A stretch of DNA of 64,000 nt from an uncultured delta proteobacterium (GTDB lineage Bacteria > Desulfobacterota > Binatia > UBA9968): positions 32,001 through 96,000 of the forward strand of contig CAVTUQ010000011.1 of the NCBI GenBank assembly GCA_963737905.1. Direction: 5' to 3'. The notes beneath the pieces are model-generated. The model searched no databases. It was not told the origin of the DNA and saw nothing but the letters and a program-made list of their open reading frames with translations. Within the stretch, counting starts at the first letter, position 1. Each line of letters starts with the position of its first letter. Positions 1 through 9,295 of the stretch are shown piece by piece. The translations under genes were made by a program, and so were the position numbers.

Positions 1-112
1 GGTGCCAAGGCTGAGGCTGGCCCCCAGCGCCGTCCGCTTCACACGTTAGGTCGTCTGCGCCGCCGATAACAAGCTCATCTCTTGTTTGTCTCAGGCTGCC
101 CTCATGTTTCAT
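1..112 (-). CDS. Hypothetical protein, 5' part (runs off the window edge)
   Basis: ATG at 112 is preceded by a GGAGG RBS. The frame is open to the window edge (MKHEGSLRQTRDELVIGG...). No recognisable motif. Confidence 0.35.
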   Translation of the reverse strand, partial: MKHEGSLRQTRDELVIGGADDLTCEADGAGGQPQPWH

Positions 113-357
113 TGCTAGTCCTCCGATTAAGGTTGCTTAAGGAGCTACAGCCTTACAAGAAGCGCCTCAACCTGGCTTTTCGACTAAAATGGATAGCCTA
201 CGGCGCCCTTCCAGCTCGTCGATGAAAATGCGGTCCGGCCCCAGTTCTTTTATTAGCTCAGATTCCAGCATGTGGGGAGATTACTGTATGCTGTCATTTA
301 TTTGGATGTTGTCAATATAGATAGTATGGGGGCCAGGTCGTTTTGCATGATTATTGA

Positions 358-1053
358 CTATGCCGATCCTTTCAGGATGTTTTCAAGCCGTTCAGGGTTG
401 ACGATGATACGCCGCCCTTCGCGAAAGATGATCTTCTCGCGGTCGAAGTTATTGAGATATTCGGTTACTTGCTGGCGCGAGGCCCCTACAATGCCGGCAA
501 GACCTTCGTGACTGATATTTAGCACGATAGAGATTCCACGGGGGTCGGTTGTGCCAAAGCGATCCGCCAGATTAAGCAGCTCGAGGGCGAGGCGCCGGCG
601 CAGATCCAGCCCGATGCCTTTGATGCAGTGAACGTACGCATTCCTGTCGGAATGGATCGTCGCAGTGTACCAGCGGATAAAATTATCGTAGGGAGTCCCC
701 AAAAATATTTCAACAAACGTCTCCGGTTTAATGGCTCCGATCCTGCAGTGATCAAATGCTTCGCAACGGAAAGCGTGATGGGCTTGCGGAAGAAGCGAGT
801 CAATTCCAAAGAGCTCTCCGGCGGGCAGCAGACTCACAATGGTCTGCCGTTGGTGGCTGTTGATAAAGGAGACCCTAACAATTCCCGACAACAGTAGATA
901 AATGAATCTTGCTTCGTCGTCCTGGTCAAAAACAAGCTCTTTTTTTGCCAACGTTTTTATCGACAAATGGGACGCTAATTGTTCCAACTGGGTAGCAGAA
1001 AAAGAGGCAAGGTTTTTCAACTGCCGCAAGTCTTTTACGTTCACTTGATTCAT
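358..1053 (-). CDS. Crp/Fnr family transcriptional regulator
   Basis: N-terminal cNMP-binding-like beta-roll (IYLLLSGIVRV...GELFG) and C-terminal HTH (SHEGLAGIVGASRQQVTEYL). Confidence 0.92.
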   Translation of the reverse strand: MNQVNVKDLRQLKNLASFSATQLEQLASHLSIKTLAKKELVFDQDDEARFIYLLLSGIVRVSFINSHQRQTIVSLLPAGELFGIDSLLPQAHHAFRCEAFDHCRIGAIKPETFVEIFLGTPYDNFIRWYTATIHSDRNAYVHCIKGIGLDLRRRLALELLNLADRFGTTDPRGISIVLNISHEGLAGIVGASRQQVTEYLNNFDREKIIFREGRRIIVNPERLENILKGSA

Positions 1054-1095
1054 CGATGTCTCAAAGTATAGCTAACATAACGGCATCATAATTGT

Positions 1096-1111
1096 TGTCA
1101 CGAATCTGACA
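1096..1111. promoter_or_regulatory. Crp/CooA-type operator palindrome TGTCA-N6-TGACA
   Basis: TGTCACGAATCTGACA has perfect 5-bp arms and a 6-bp spacer, about 43 bp upstream of the Crp/Fnr gene. Confidence 0.55.
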
Positions 1112-1397
1112 TTTATAGTCGCGGCCCACCCAAGGTAGGACTTATTACGGCGGATGAACAAAGCGGCACACGCTAGGTCCTATCCCCAGCCGCGAGGGTA
1201 CTCGGCCCCAAAGCATCGGCAGGCGACTTCTGGCCAAAGTGGCGCTCGCTCGCGAGCCACCGCTCGTTTCTGAAAGGGTTGCGGGAGCTGTACAAGAACG
1301 CGATCCGAGGTTTTCGGAAAACGCCTTAACAATTCGCGTCTAATTTTTATCGGGAGAATCGGCAGATTTGGACCCAAGCGGCCGTCGCTACAAATCG

Positions 1398-1838
1398 CTA
1401 ATATTTACCGCGCCGGGGGACAGCGGGGCGGGAAACTTCCTTGAGTGTTTCGCCGAGCAGTTCGCTTTGGCCCGCATGTACCGCCAGATCGCCCAGTGAT
1501 ACAATGCCTACAAGACGCTTTTCGCGACTCAATATCGGCAAACGGCGAATCTGTCTGGCCTCCATGAGACTTATTGCTTCCTCGATTTCCTGATCTTCAA
1601 AACAATAGGCAATCTCTTTGGACATGATGTCGGAGACTTTGGTTTTCGACGGACTCCGCCCTGCCGCTGTAGCTCTCACGGTAATATCGCGATCGGTCAA
1701 TGTACCTTTCAGCTCGTCTCCCTCGCATACCGGGATGAGCCCAACGTCGAGATCTTTCATTTTGGCCGCCGCTTCTTTCAATAAGGCATTGGAGCCGATG
1801 ACTTCCACATCCCTGGTCATTATTTCGCCCAGGCGCAT
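1398..1838 (-). CDS. CBS domain-containing protein
   Basis: Tandem CBS pair (IMTRDV...GTLTDRDI; IMSKEI...GIVSLGDL) with a GGAGG RBS. Confidence 0.93.
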   Translation of the reverse strand: MRLGEIMTRDVEVIGSNALLKEAAAKMKDLDVGLIPVCEGDELKGTLTDRDITVRATAAGRSPSKTKVSDIMSKEIAYCFEDQEIEEAISLMEARQIRRLPILSREKRLVGIVSLGDLAVHAGQSELLGETLKEVSRPAVPRRGKY

Positions 1839-1894
1839 GATAACCTCCCTGGTTCTTCCTGTTAATTATCCAATGTTTGCTTAAAACCCGTTGG

Positions 1895-1910
1895 TGCAAG
1901 GAACATACCA
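1895..1910 (-). promoter_or_regulatory. Sigma54 -24/-12 promoter (CBS gene)
   Basis: TGGTATGTTCCTTGCA on the minus strand with GG-N10-GC spacing, about 57 bp upstream of the start. Confidence 0.6.
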
Positions 1911-2244
1911 GATCAGTTCTTTTAAAAGTGTTGGAGTTGTTGGATTGCGAGCGAATTTCTCGAGCTGAGTAAGGTAAAAGGGTTATATAGTCCGGATGGG
2001 CCGGCTTGTAGCAACCGCGGTTCGGGAACGGAAGACCAAAGACGTTCCCGGCGTGCTGTCCTAATTTAGCTATCATTATTCTTTGCGCTTATGGAAAATC
2101 CGTACACGAAGCAAAGCTTCTGGCAAAGATTTTCCGGCACATGAAAACTTCGACCGCCCCCATAGCGGAAAACGACATATCTGTTAGGATTTTTTTTAAC
2201 TGGTGATAAAACATCCGGGCGATGAGCAAAGGTGATTGGTTCTT

Positions 2245-3951
2245 ATGACGGACAGGTTCGGCATTGCCGCTGATTTGCGCAAGATTGCCCGTCTCTTAGA
2301 AATAAAAGGCGAGAATCCTTTTAAGACGCAGGCCTATGAGCGAGGCGCGAGCGCTGTAGAAAATCACCAGGGCGATTTCGACGCTCTCGTCAAAACCGGT
2401 CGCCTCAAGGAAATCCCCGGCATAGGTACGGCTCTCGCGGCGATTATCGAGGAAATCTACCACACCGGTGAATGTTGGATGCTGCAACAGTTGCTGGAAG
2501 GGATGCCGCCCGGCGTGATCGAGCTCAGTGCGGTTCCTGGACTAAATCTAAAAAAAATCATTGCGTTGCATGACACGCTGGGTATCGAAAGCATCGCGGA
2601 TCTCAAAGCCGCTTGCCAAGAAGGTTCGGTCGGTAGAGTCAAAGGTTTCGGCCTGAAGTCACAGGCAAAGCTCCTTTCAGATATTGAGTCCCTGCAGATT
2701 CCGAAAGATGGTTCTCTGCTGCTCAGTCACGCCCTGGAAACAGCGGAGCGAATTCTGCTGCATCTCCGCGCGGGTCCGGAGTTGATCGAAGCGGATTTTG
2801 CAGGAGGGCTCCGGCGGCGCAAAGAAACGGTGCGGCGGATTTGTATCGTCGCCGCCAGCAATCAATCCGGGCAGGTCCTCGATCGATTTCTCCGCTTTCC
2901 AGCGCTGGCCCACACCGATGAGCTGGATGAAAACCGATGCCTTGCGCGATTGGCAGGCGGTCTGCGCGTGGAACTCACCGTTGTGGCGCCAAAGGACTAC
3001 GTTGCCGCGCTTCATGCTCGAACCGGCTCGCGGCGCCATATTGCCAAACTGGACAATTTAGCACGCTCGAAATCGATGACCTTGTATCCCGAGGCGCCGA
3101 ACAGCGGCGGTGGCCAGACGGGCACCGAGAAGGAAATTTACCGGCGTCTCGGCATTCAGTATATCCCGCCGGAAATGCGCGAAGATGAAGGTGAAATCGA
3201 AATCGCCAGCTCCGGCAGACTAACGCAGCCGGTAGAGCTTGCCGATATTCGCGGCATGACGCACTGCCACACGGTTTACTCTGACGGCCGGAACAGCATC
3301 GAAGAGATGGCCTTGGCGGCAGAGGCCATGGGCATGACCTATCTCACGATCACCGATCATTCACCCAGCGCCCACTATGCCCGCGGCGTCGGGATTGATC
3401 GTTTACGAGCGCAGTGGGACGAGATCGCGCGGGTGCAGCAGCGCGTCAAGATAAAGCTTCTGAAAGGCACCGAATCGGATATCCTTGAAGATGGCTCGCT
3501 GGACTATCCCGATCATTTTCTGGAGCAATTCGATATCATCATAGCGAGTATTCATTCGCGTCACAGGATGGATGCCGACCAAATGACCCAGCGGCTGTTG
3601 CGCGCGCTCAAGTTGCCGTTATTCAAGATCTGGGGGCACCCGCTCGGCAGATTGATCGGATCGCGTCCTTCGCTCGAATGCCGAATGGGTCAGGTGCTGG
3701 ACGCCATCGCCGAGTCGAAATGCGCCATCGAAGTCAACGGCGACCCGCACCGTCTCGACCTCGAGCCGGACTGGATTCGCGCCGCACGAACCCGCGGTAT
3801 TAAATTCATTGTATCAACCGACGCCCATTCGATCGGCGGGCTAGGAAGTTTGCACTACGGTGTCTCTACGGCGCGGCGCGGATGGCTTTCGCGCGATGAA
3901 GTCCTGAATACGCTCGATGCTGAAGATTTCATGCGAGCCGTTCATCCATGA
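2245..3951 (+). CDS. polX: DNA polymerase X family protein with PHP domain, polymerase catalytic triad altered
   Basis: PolX N-terminus (GENPFKTQAYERG), HhH motifs and GGLRRRKETV. PHP motifs are present (HCHTVYSDG, TDHS, WGHP, STDAH). ATG at 2245 chosen as start. Confidence 0.92.
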   Translation: MTDRFGIAADLRKIARLLEIKGENPFKTQAYERGASAVENHQGDFDALVKTGRLKEIPGIGTALAAIIEEIYHTGECWMLQQLLEGMPPGVIELSAVPGLNLKKIIALHDTLGIESIADLKAACQEGSVGRVKGFGLKSQAKLLSDIESLQIPKDGSLLLSHALETAERILLHLRAGPELIEADFAGGLRRRKETVRRICIVAASNQSGQVLDRFLRFPALAHTDELDENRCLARLAGGLRVELTVVAPKDYVAALHARTGSRRHIAKLDNLARSKSMTLYPEAPNSGGGQTGTEKEIYRRLGIQYIPPEMREDEGEIEIASSGRLTQPVELADIRGMTHCHTVYSDGRNSIEEMALAAEAMGMTYLTITDHSPSAHYARGVGIDRLRAQWDEIARVQQRVKIKLLKGTESDILEDGSLDYPDHFLEQFDIIIASIHSRHRMDADQMTQRLLRALKLPLFKIWGHPLGRLIGSRPSLECRMGQVLDAIAESKCAIEVNGDPHRLDLEPDWIRAARTRGIKFIVSTDAHSIGGLGSLHYGVSTARRGWLSRDEVLNTLDAEDFMRAVHP

Positions 3952-4586
3952 ACCGTGTGTTTGTGCTCTCGCCGGCAAATTGCAATGGAGTGCGCGCCCG
4001 GTGGCTGCTCAGGAAAAACAGCCGATCCGATCTGGCACAACGGCTCCGCAGCCCGGGTGTGTCGCTGGGAGAGGTTTTTAGCTTTTTGAGCGCCCTCTAT
4101 TTTCGCGGCAAGCTCGCCTATGCACAGGTTTTTTCCCGCCCGCCTTCCGATTGCCCGGGAATTCTTATCATCACCCCTACCGCCGGTCTTATGCCACACG
4201 ATACCATGATCCAACTCGCGAAACTGCGAGGATTTGGCCGCGTCCCCATCCATGTCAAGAACCAGGCCTACTCTTCCTCGCTCCGGCGCACCGCCAAAAA
4301 ACTCGCTAGACGAATGGGTCCCAATTGTGAGGTCGTTCTTCTCGGAAGTCTTGCCACCCGCAAATATCTAGACATTTTGAGTCCAATTTTCGGCAGCCGG
4401 CTCATGGTTCCTGCGGAATTTATCGGTCGGGGGGACATGAGTCGCGGTGGCCTGCTGTTGCGCTCAGTACGAGAAAATCGTGAGTTGAATTATATCAACG
4501 GAACTCCTTCCAACCTTCTGCGACCCAAATCGATGCCGTCGGTTCAACTCGCGGCCAGCAGCCGCGATGGATCTTCTCCCGTATAA
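3948..4586 (+). CDS. Conserved hypothetical protein, weak YaaA/DUF6884-like motifs
   Basis: ATGA overlap with the polX stop. 212 aa, basic, with LYFRGKLAYA, ILIITPTAGL and FIGRGDMSRGGLLLR blocks. Confidence 0.75.
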   Translation: MNRVFVLSPANCNGVRARWLLRKNSRSDLAQRLRSPGVSLGEVFSFLSALYFRGKLAYAQVFSRPPSDCPGILIITPTAGLMPHDTMIQLAKLRGFGRVPIHVKNQAYSSSLRRTAKKLARRMGPNCEVVLLGSLATRKYLDILSPIFGSRLMVPAEFIGRGDMSRGGLLLRSVRENRELNYINGTPSNLLRPKSMPSVQLAASSRDGSSPV

Positions 4587-4809
4587 TCGGTTAGTTTGAG
4601 CGATGAAGAAATCAAGTGCGTTTAGAATCAAATCGACGTTCTGTCTGTTTTTCTCGCACACGAATGTAGATAAATCTTCTACTATGAAAGAGGGTTGATC
4701 CACGCGAGAACGTTCAGGAAGCCCGTGTTTTTGAATTAAGGGGAACAATCCTGCTGATTATCCTATTTTTCACTCGTCGGCCGCATTGCCGTGGACGAGT
4801 TGCTTCTTC

Positions 4810-4825
4810 TGGCACGGCTCTTGCC
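4810..4825 (+). promoter_or_regulatory. Sigma54 -24/-12 promoter (ppk1)
   Basis: TGGCACGGCTCTTGCC matches the TGGCAC-N5-TTGC consensus. Confidence 0.7.
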
Positions 4826-4965
4826 CAATAGCGCATGGAGAATCAAAAAACAGCATATGTCGAAAAATAATATACTATAGTCAATAGAAATCGGACAAGA
4901 GTAGGAGGAGACGCGGAGTATCCTCCGTTCTGAATGGGTCAGACAGTTTTTTGGAGACCGCTTTG

Positions 4966-7096
4966 ATGGATGACTTGCTGATTAACCGCGATCTATCATG
5001 GCTTGAATTCAATCGACGCGTTTTGGAGGAAGCCAAAGACCCCTCGGTCCCGCTCCTTGAGCGTGTAAAGTTTCTCGCCATCGTCAGTTCCAATCTTGAC
5101 GAATTTTTTATGGTCCGGGTGGCCGGTCTGAAGCGCCGCGCCAACAACAGCGAGACATCTTCGGACGGCATCACCGAAGCGTCGGTCTTGACAGCGATAT
5201 CCCAAAAAGCCCATGAGCTTGTGGAAGAACAGCATCTCTGTTTTCTCAATACTGTTTTGCCGCGGCTCAGAGCTGAAGGGATTCATTTGCTTCGCCCGGA
5301 GGAAATAAGCCGCGAGCAAGAAGCAATTTCTGGAAGATTACTTTCAAAAGACGCTTTACCCCATAGTGACTCCGTTGGCCATCGATCCGGGTCATCCATT
5401 CCCTTATCTAGCTAACCGTTCGCTTTGTTTGTTTGTGACTCTGAAGGCGAAGGATATTTCGCCTTTGCCTCACACGGAACTTTCTATCGTTCATATTCCA
5501 GCTCAAGTTGTCCGGAGGTTCATTCAGCTCCCGAGCAAGGAAGGGCAATACGCATTCGTGTTGCTGGAAGACGTCCTTCGACAGTATTTGCCGCGTCTCT
5601 ATCATGGTTTTGACCTGCTCTCGACTTATGCCATTCGTGTTACGCGAGACGCTGAATTCGCCCTTGTGCGGCGACGGAATGAGGATTTGCTGATGACCAT
5701 CGAACAGGGAATCCGGGAGCGCCGTATGGGCGACGCCGTTCGTTTGCAGTATGATCCGGACCTCCCCAAAGAACTATTAACTCAGCTCATGGAAGAACTC
5801 GAGTTGACCGGAGAGGATCTCTACCCAGCCAGGGGCTTTACCGCCTTTACTGACTTGTTGCAGCTGTATACGGCCGCAAACGTTCCCCGACTGAAAGACC
5901 GCATTCAGCCGGCTTTGGCGCTTCCTTCATTCGACCGCGGTCCCGATATCTGGAATGCCATCAGAAACGGGGATGTAATGATTGTTCATCCCTATCAGTC
6001 ATTTGACCCGGTCACTCGCTTCGTGGAAGAGGCGGCGAAAGACCCCAAAGTCTTGGCGATCAAAATGACGCTGTATCGCGTAAGTCCGAATTCGCCCATC
6101 GCCCAAGCGCTCCTGCGCGCGGCCGAAGCCGGCAAAGAGGTATCGGTTTTGGTGGAGCTTCAGGCCCGCTTCGATGAGGAGGCGAACATCACGTGGGCCA
6201 GAGCGCTGGAAGAAGTGGGCGCTCACGTGGTGTATGGATTAGTGGGCTATAAGACCCATTGTAAGGCGTGCCTCATAGTCAGGCAGGAAGCCGACGGCAT
6301 TCGCCGCTATTGTCATCTAGCCACGGGTAACTATAACGTCCGAACGAGCGGTATTTACAGCGATATCGGCCTCTTTACTTGTCGCGAAAGCTTTGGCGAG
6401 GACCTTACGGAACTCTTCAACTTGCTCACGGGCTATGCCCGGCCACAAAAATTTCACCATCTCGTGTTAGCTCCGAGCGGCTTGAGGGAATACTTTATCA
6501 CTCTCATTCGGAGAGAAGCCGAACGGGCGCGTGCCGGCCAACCCGCCCGCATTATAGCCAAAGTGAATAGCCTTATCGATGTTGCCGTCATCAAAGAACT
6601 TTACGACGCCCACCAGGCCGGCGTCCAGATCGATCTTATCGTGCGCGGTATGTGCAGCCTGCGGCCCGGCCTTCAAGGAGTCTCCGAGGGCATTCGTGTC
6701 GTTTCGATTGTCGATCGATATCTTGAACATGCGCGAATCTTTTACTTTCAAAACGGCGGTAACGACACTTTTCTTCTGGCATCGGCGGATTGGATGCCCC
6801 GCAATTTCGATCGCCGCATCGAAATTGCTTTTCCTATCATCGAACCACGTTTACAAGCATCGTTGAAAGACTTTTTGGAACTACAGCTAGCTGACACCGT
6901 AAAGGGGTGGTGGATGCAGCCGGACGGTGATTATATCAGAAGGCCGAATAAGGACCCCGCCGGTCTCCGTTTTCAGGAGCGATTCTATGAAATCTTGCGA
7001 ACCGGGAACAAGTGTTCGTCCGATAAAGTATCGCCATCGATTGCTCGAGGGAGTCCTACCCTAGGAGGAGCCTGTGAAAGTAACCCTCATACATAA
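4966..7096 (+). pseudogene. ppk1: Polyphosphate kinase 1, split by a +1 frameshift near 5317-5323
   Basis: N-terminal NRDLSWLEFNRRVL and SSNLDEFFMVRVAG in frame 1. Continues in the +1 frame as QFLEDYFQKTLYPIVTPLAIDPGHPFP, then KTHCK, RYLEHARI and SADWMPRN. Confidence 0.88.
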
Positions 7097-7991
7097 TCCC
7101 GAAGCCGGCGATGATGCGCAGCCTTCGGGTAATCAAATCGTTCGGCTGATTCGCGAGGCAGGACACAAGGCAAAGTATTTTTCGTCGAAGGATAAAACAT
7201 GGAAAAAAGCGCTCAAAAAACCTTGTGATCTCATTGCAGTCGCGGGAGGCGATGGTACCGTCGGTAGGGTCGCGAGACGGCTGATCGATAGTCGCGCTCC
7301 TATCGCCGTCTTGCCGATGGGGACCGCCAATAACATTGCCCGTACGATCGGCGTCACGGGCAGGAAGTTTGACGATCTGATAGAAGGATGGAATGCCGCG
7401 CGCTGTGCGAATTTTGACGCCGCTATAGCCAGAGGTCCGTGGGGATTAAGGTACTTCATCGAAGGCTTCGGAATAGGATTATTCGCCGAGACAATGTTCA
7501 GGATCGAGAACGGCCAGCACTCCCAGGTGTCGCGCTCAGAAGATCCCGAAGAAGAGATAGCCGCGGCTCTCAAAGTACTACGAAAGCAGCTATCCAACTA
7601 TCCGTCGAAGGAGTTGACGGTTCGGCTTGACGGACAGGACCTGTCCGGTGACTATTACATGCTGGAAGCGTTGAATATCCGTTACCTTGGTCCTAATCTC
7701 GATCTCGTCCCGCGCGCGCAAATCAACGATGGACTTCTGGATGTCGTTTTTGTTCCCAAAGGCGAGCAAGCCAAGTTGCGCCAATACATTTCTGATCGTA
7801 TAAAGCGCAAGCGCTCGCGTGTGAACCTGACCGTGCGACAGGGGCGACACTTGCAGGTTGAGTGGAAGAGCTCTCCGGTTCACATCGACGACATGCCATG
7901 GCCCGAAGACGAGGATGGCCACCCGATTCTTTCGAATGCCATTGATATTAGAACCGACCCTGGTGCTCTTGTGTTCCTCAAACCCAGATGA
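7074..7991 (+). CDS. Diacylglycerol kinase family lipid kinase
   Basis: HNPEAG, AGGDGTV and PMGTANN motifs. GTG start with an AGGAGG RBS. Confidence 0.9.
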   Translation: MKVTLIHNPEAGDDAQPSGNQIVRLIREAGHKAKYFSSKDKTWKKALKKPCDLIAVAGGDGTVGRVARRLIDSRAPIAVLPMGTANNIARTIGVTGRKFDDLIEGWNAARCANFDAAIARGPWGLRYFIEGFGIGLFAETMFRIENGQHSQVSRSEDPEEEIAAALKVLRKQLSNYPSKELTVRLDGQDLSGDYYMLEALNIRYLGPNLDLVPRAQINDGLLDVVFVPKGEQAKLRQYISDRIKRKRSRVNLTVRQGRHLQVEWKSSPVHIDDMPWPEDEDGHPILSNAIDIRTDPGALVFLKPR

Positions 7992-8033
7992 AAGCTCGCT
8001 AGCCAGGCACCCGGCAGCGGACTGCGGGCGATG

Positions 8034-8528
8034 TCATGCGTTTAACAAGAGCGCGATGTAACCGATCGCGAAAAGCGTCGCCGTCACTGCACTCAACCAG
8101 AAATTCTTCGAACTAAACACGTTAACGCCGAAATTCTGAATCTGATAGAGCCAGGAGCGGCTTCTGATTCTCTCGAAGGAAATCAACTTATCCATTCCCC
8201 AACGGCAAATGAGATGGCGCTCGCCGTTTTCGGTAATTCCCACTGCAATGGGATCTTTGTGGATCTCGCGCTTGCCCCAAACCTCGATTTCGTCGAAATA
8301 ACCGGCTCCCCGGACCATCTCATGGTAAACATCAAACGGAATACCATAAGCAGCCTGAAGGAAAGTATTTGTCTTGCGAAGCAATACTTTCTTGCTGAAC
8401 GGCACGGACTTCACCGGAAGAAACGCTTTCCACTTCTGCCAGTCATCTTCGGAAATCTTGGGGTAAGGAATCACCGTCTGTGCCTGGCCGCCGATCATCG
8501 TGTCTAGCCTATAATTTTCTACGAACAT
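8034..8528 (-). CDS. Hypothetical protein with C-terminal transmembrane helix
   Basis: 164-aa ORF with a GGAG RBS and a hydrophobic C-terminus. Globular core FDEIEVW...DPIAVG...LICRWG. Confidence 0.7.
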   Translation of the reverse strand: MFVENYRLDTMIGGQAQTVIPYPKISEDDWQKWKAFLPVKSVPFSKKVLLRKTNTFLQAAYGIPFDVYHEMVRGAGYFDEIEVWGKREIHKDPIAVGITENGERHLICRWGMDKLISFERIRSRSWLYQIQNFGVNVFSSKNFWLSAVTATLFAIGYIALLLNA

Positions 8529-8704
8529 GACCTTCTCCTCTCTTTGGAATGTTTCTCGCCTCTCATCGAGTCATGATGGCTCCTACATTTGACCACAATT
8601 ACGCTCCCACGCCCTGATAGGATAATGACTCCAATGCAGGATTCGTCAAGAGGGTTCAAATGGGAGGAGAACGTTCATGTGCCCTCTCGTTAATAAATAG
8701 ATGT

Positions 8705-8720
8705 TGTCATATTCCCGACA
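8705..8720. promoter_or_regulatory. Second Crp/CooA-type box TGTCA-N6-CGACA
   Basis: TGTCATATTCCCGACA in the divergent intergenic region 8529-8923. Confidence 0.45.
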
Positions 8721-8923
8721 CTGGACTTTAGTAAGTGTAGGGTTTTCTTGACGGACGGCCGGAGGACAGGCTGAAAACAACAGCGTTTTCAGCGGGCATA
8801 GGGTTTGCTGATCTCTCGCTAAAGCGAAAATGAAGATTTGGTTCGATTGAAAGGACGATTGGCGAAGGGCGTGAAACCGGCTCGGTAGAATTCAACGAAT
8901 TTGGATCGTTTTGAGAGCGTAGG

Positions 8924-9295
8924 ATGGGAACAAACATCCTAGTTGTTGACGATGATCTCTTCCAGAGGGAACTGATTTCTAAGGTCCTGCGCAAGGATGG
9001 TTACCAAGTCGTCGAGGCCTGCGACGGAGCTCTCGCACTGGAAATACTTCAGGCGCTAAGCTTCGATCTGGTAATTACCGATTTTATGATGCCAAAGCTG
9101 AATGGGCTTGAGTTCGTCGAGCAGCTACACTCCCTTCATCCACGAATCCCCATACTTTTTATAACCGGTTATCTCTCTGTCATTCCACAAGAGACGATAT
9201 TGGATGACGTAGCAGAGATTCTTCCGAAGCCTTTTGAGCTCGGTGTTCTCCGGTCAACTGTCCAGCGTCTCCTGATCAACTCAGCATCATGCTAA
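8924..9295 (+). CDS. Single-domain response regulator (receiver)
   Basis: ILVVDDD, phosphoacceptor VITDFMMP, ITG and PKPF. Confidence 0.9.
   Translation: MGTNILVVDDDLFQRELISKVLRKDGYQVVEACDGALALEILQALSFDLVITDFMMPKLNGLEFVEQLHSLHPRIPILFITGYLSVIPQETILDDVAEILPKPFELGVLRSTVQRLLINSASC

Noticed and set aside
1180-1377. 65-aa ORF between the Crp and CBS genes, and ORF 4464..4748
   Set aside because: Non-ATG starts, no clear RBS and no recognisable features.
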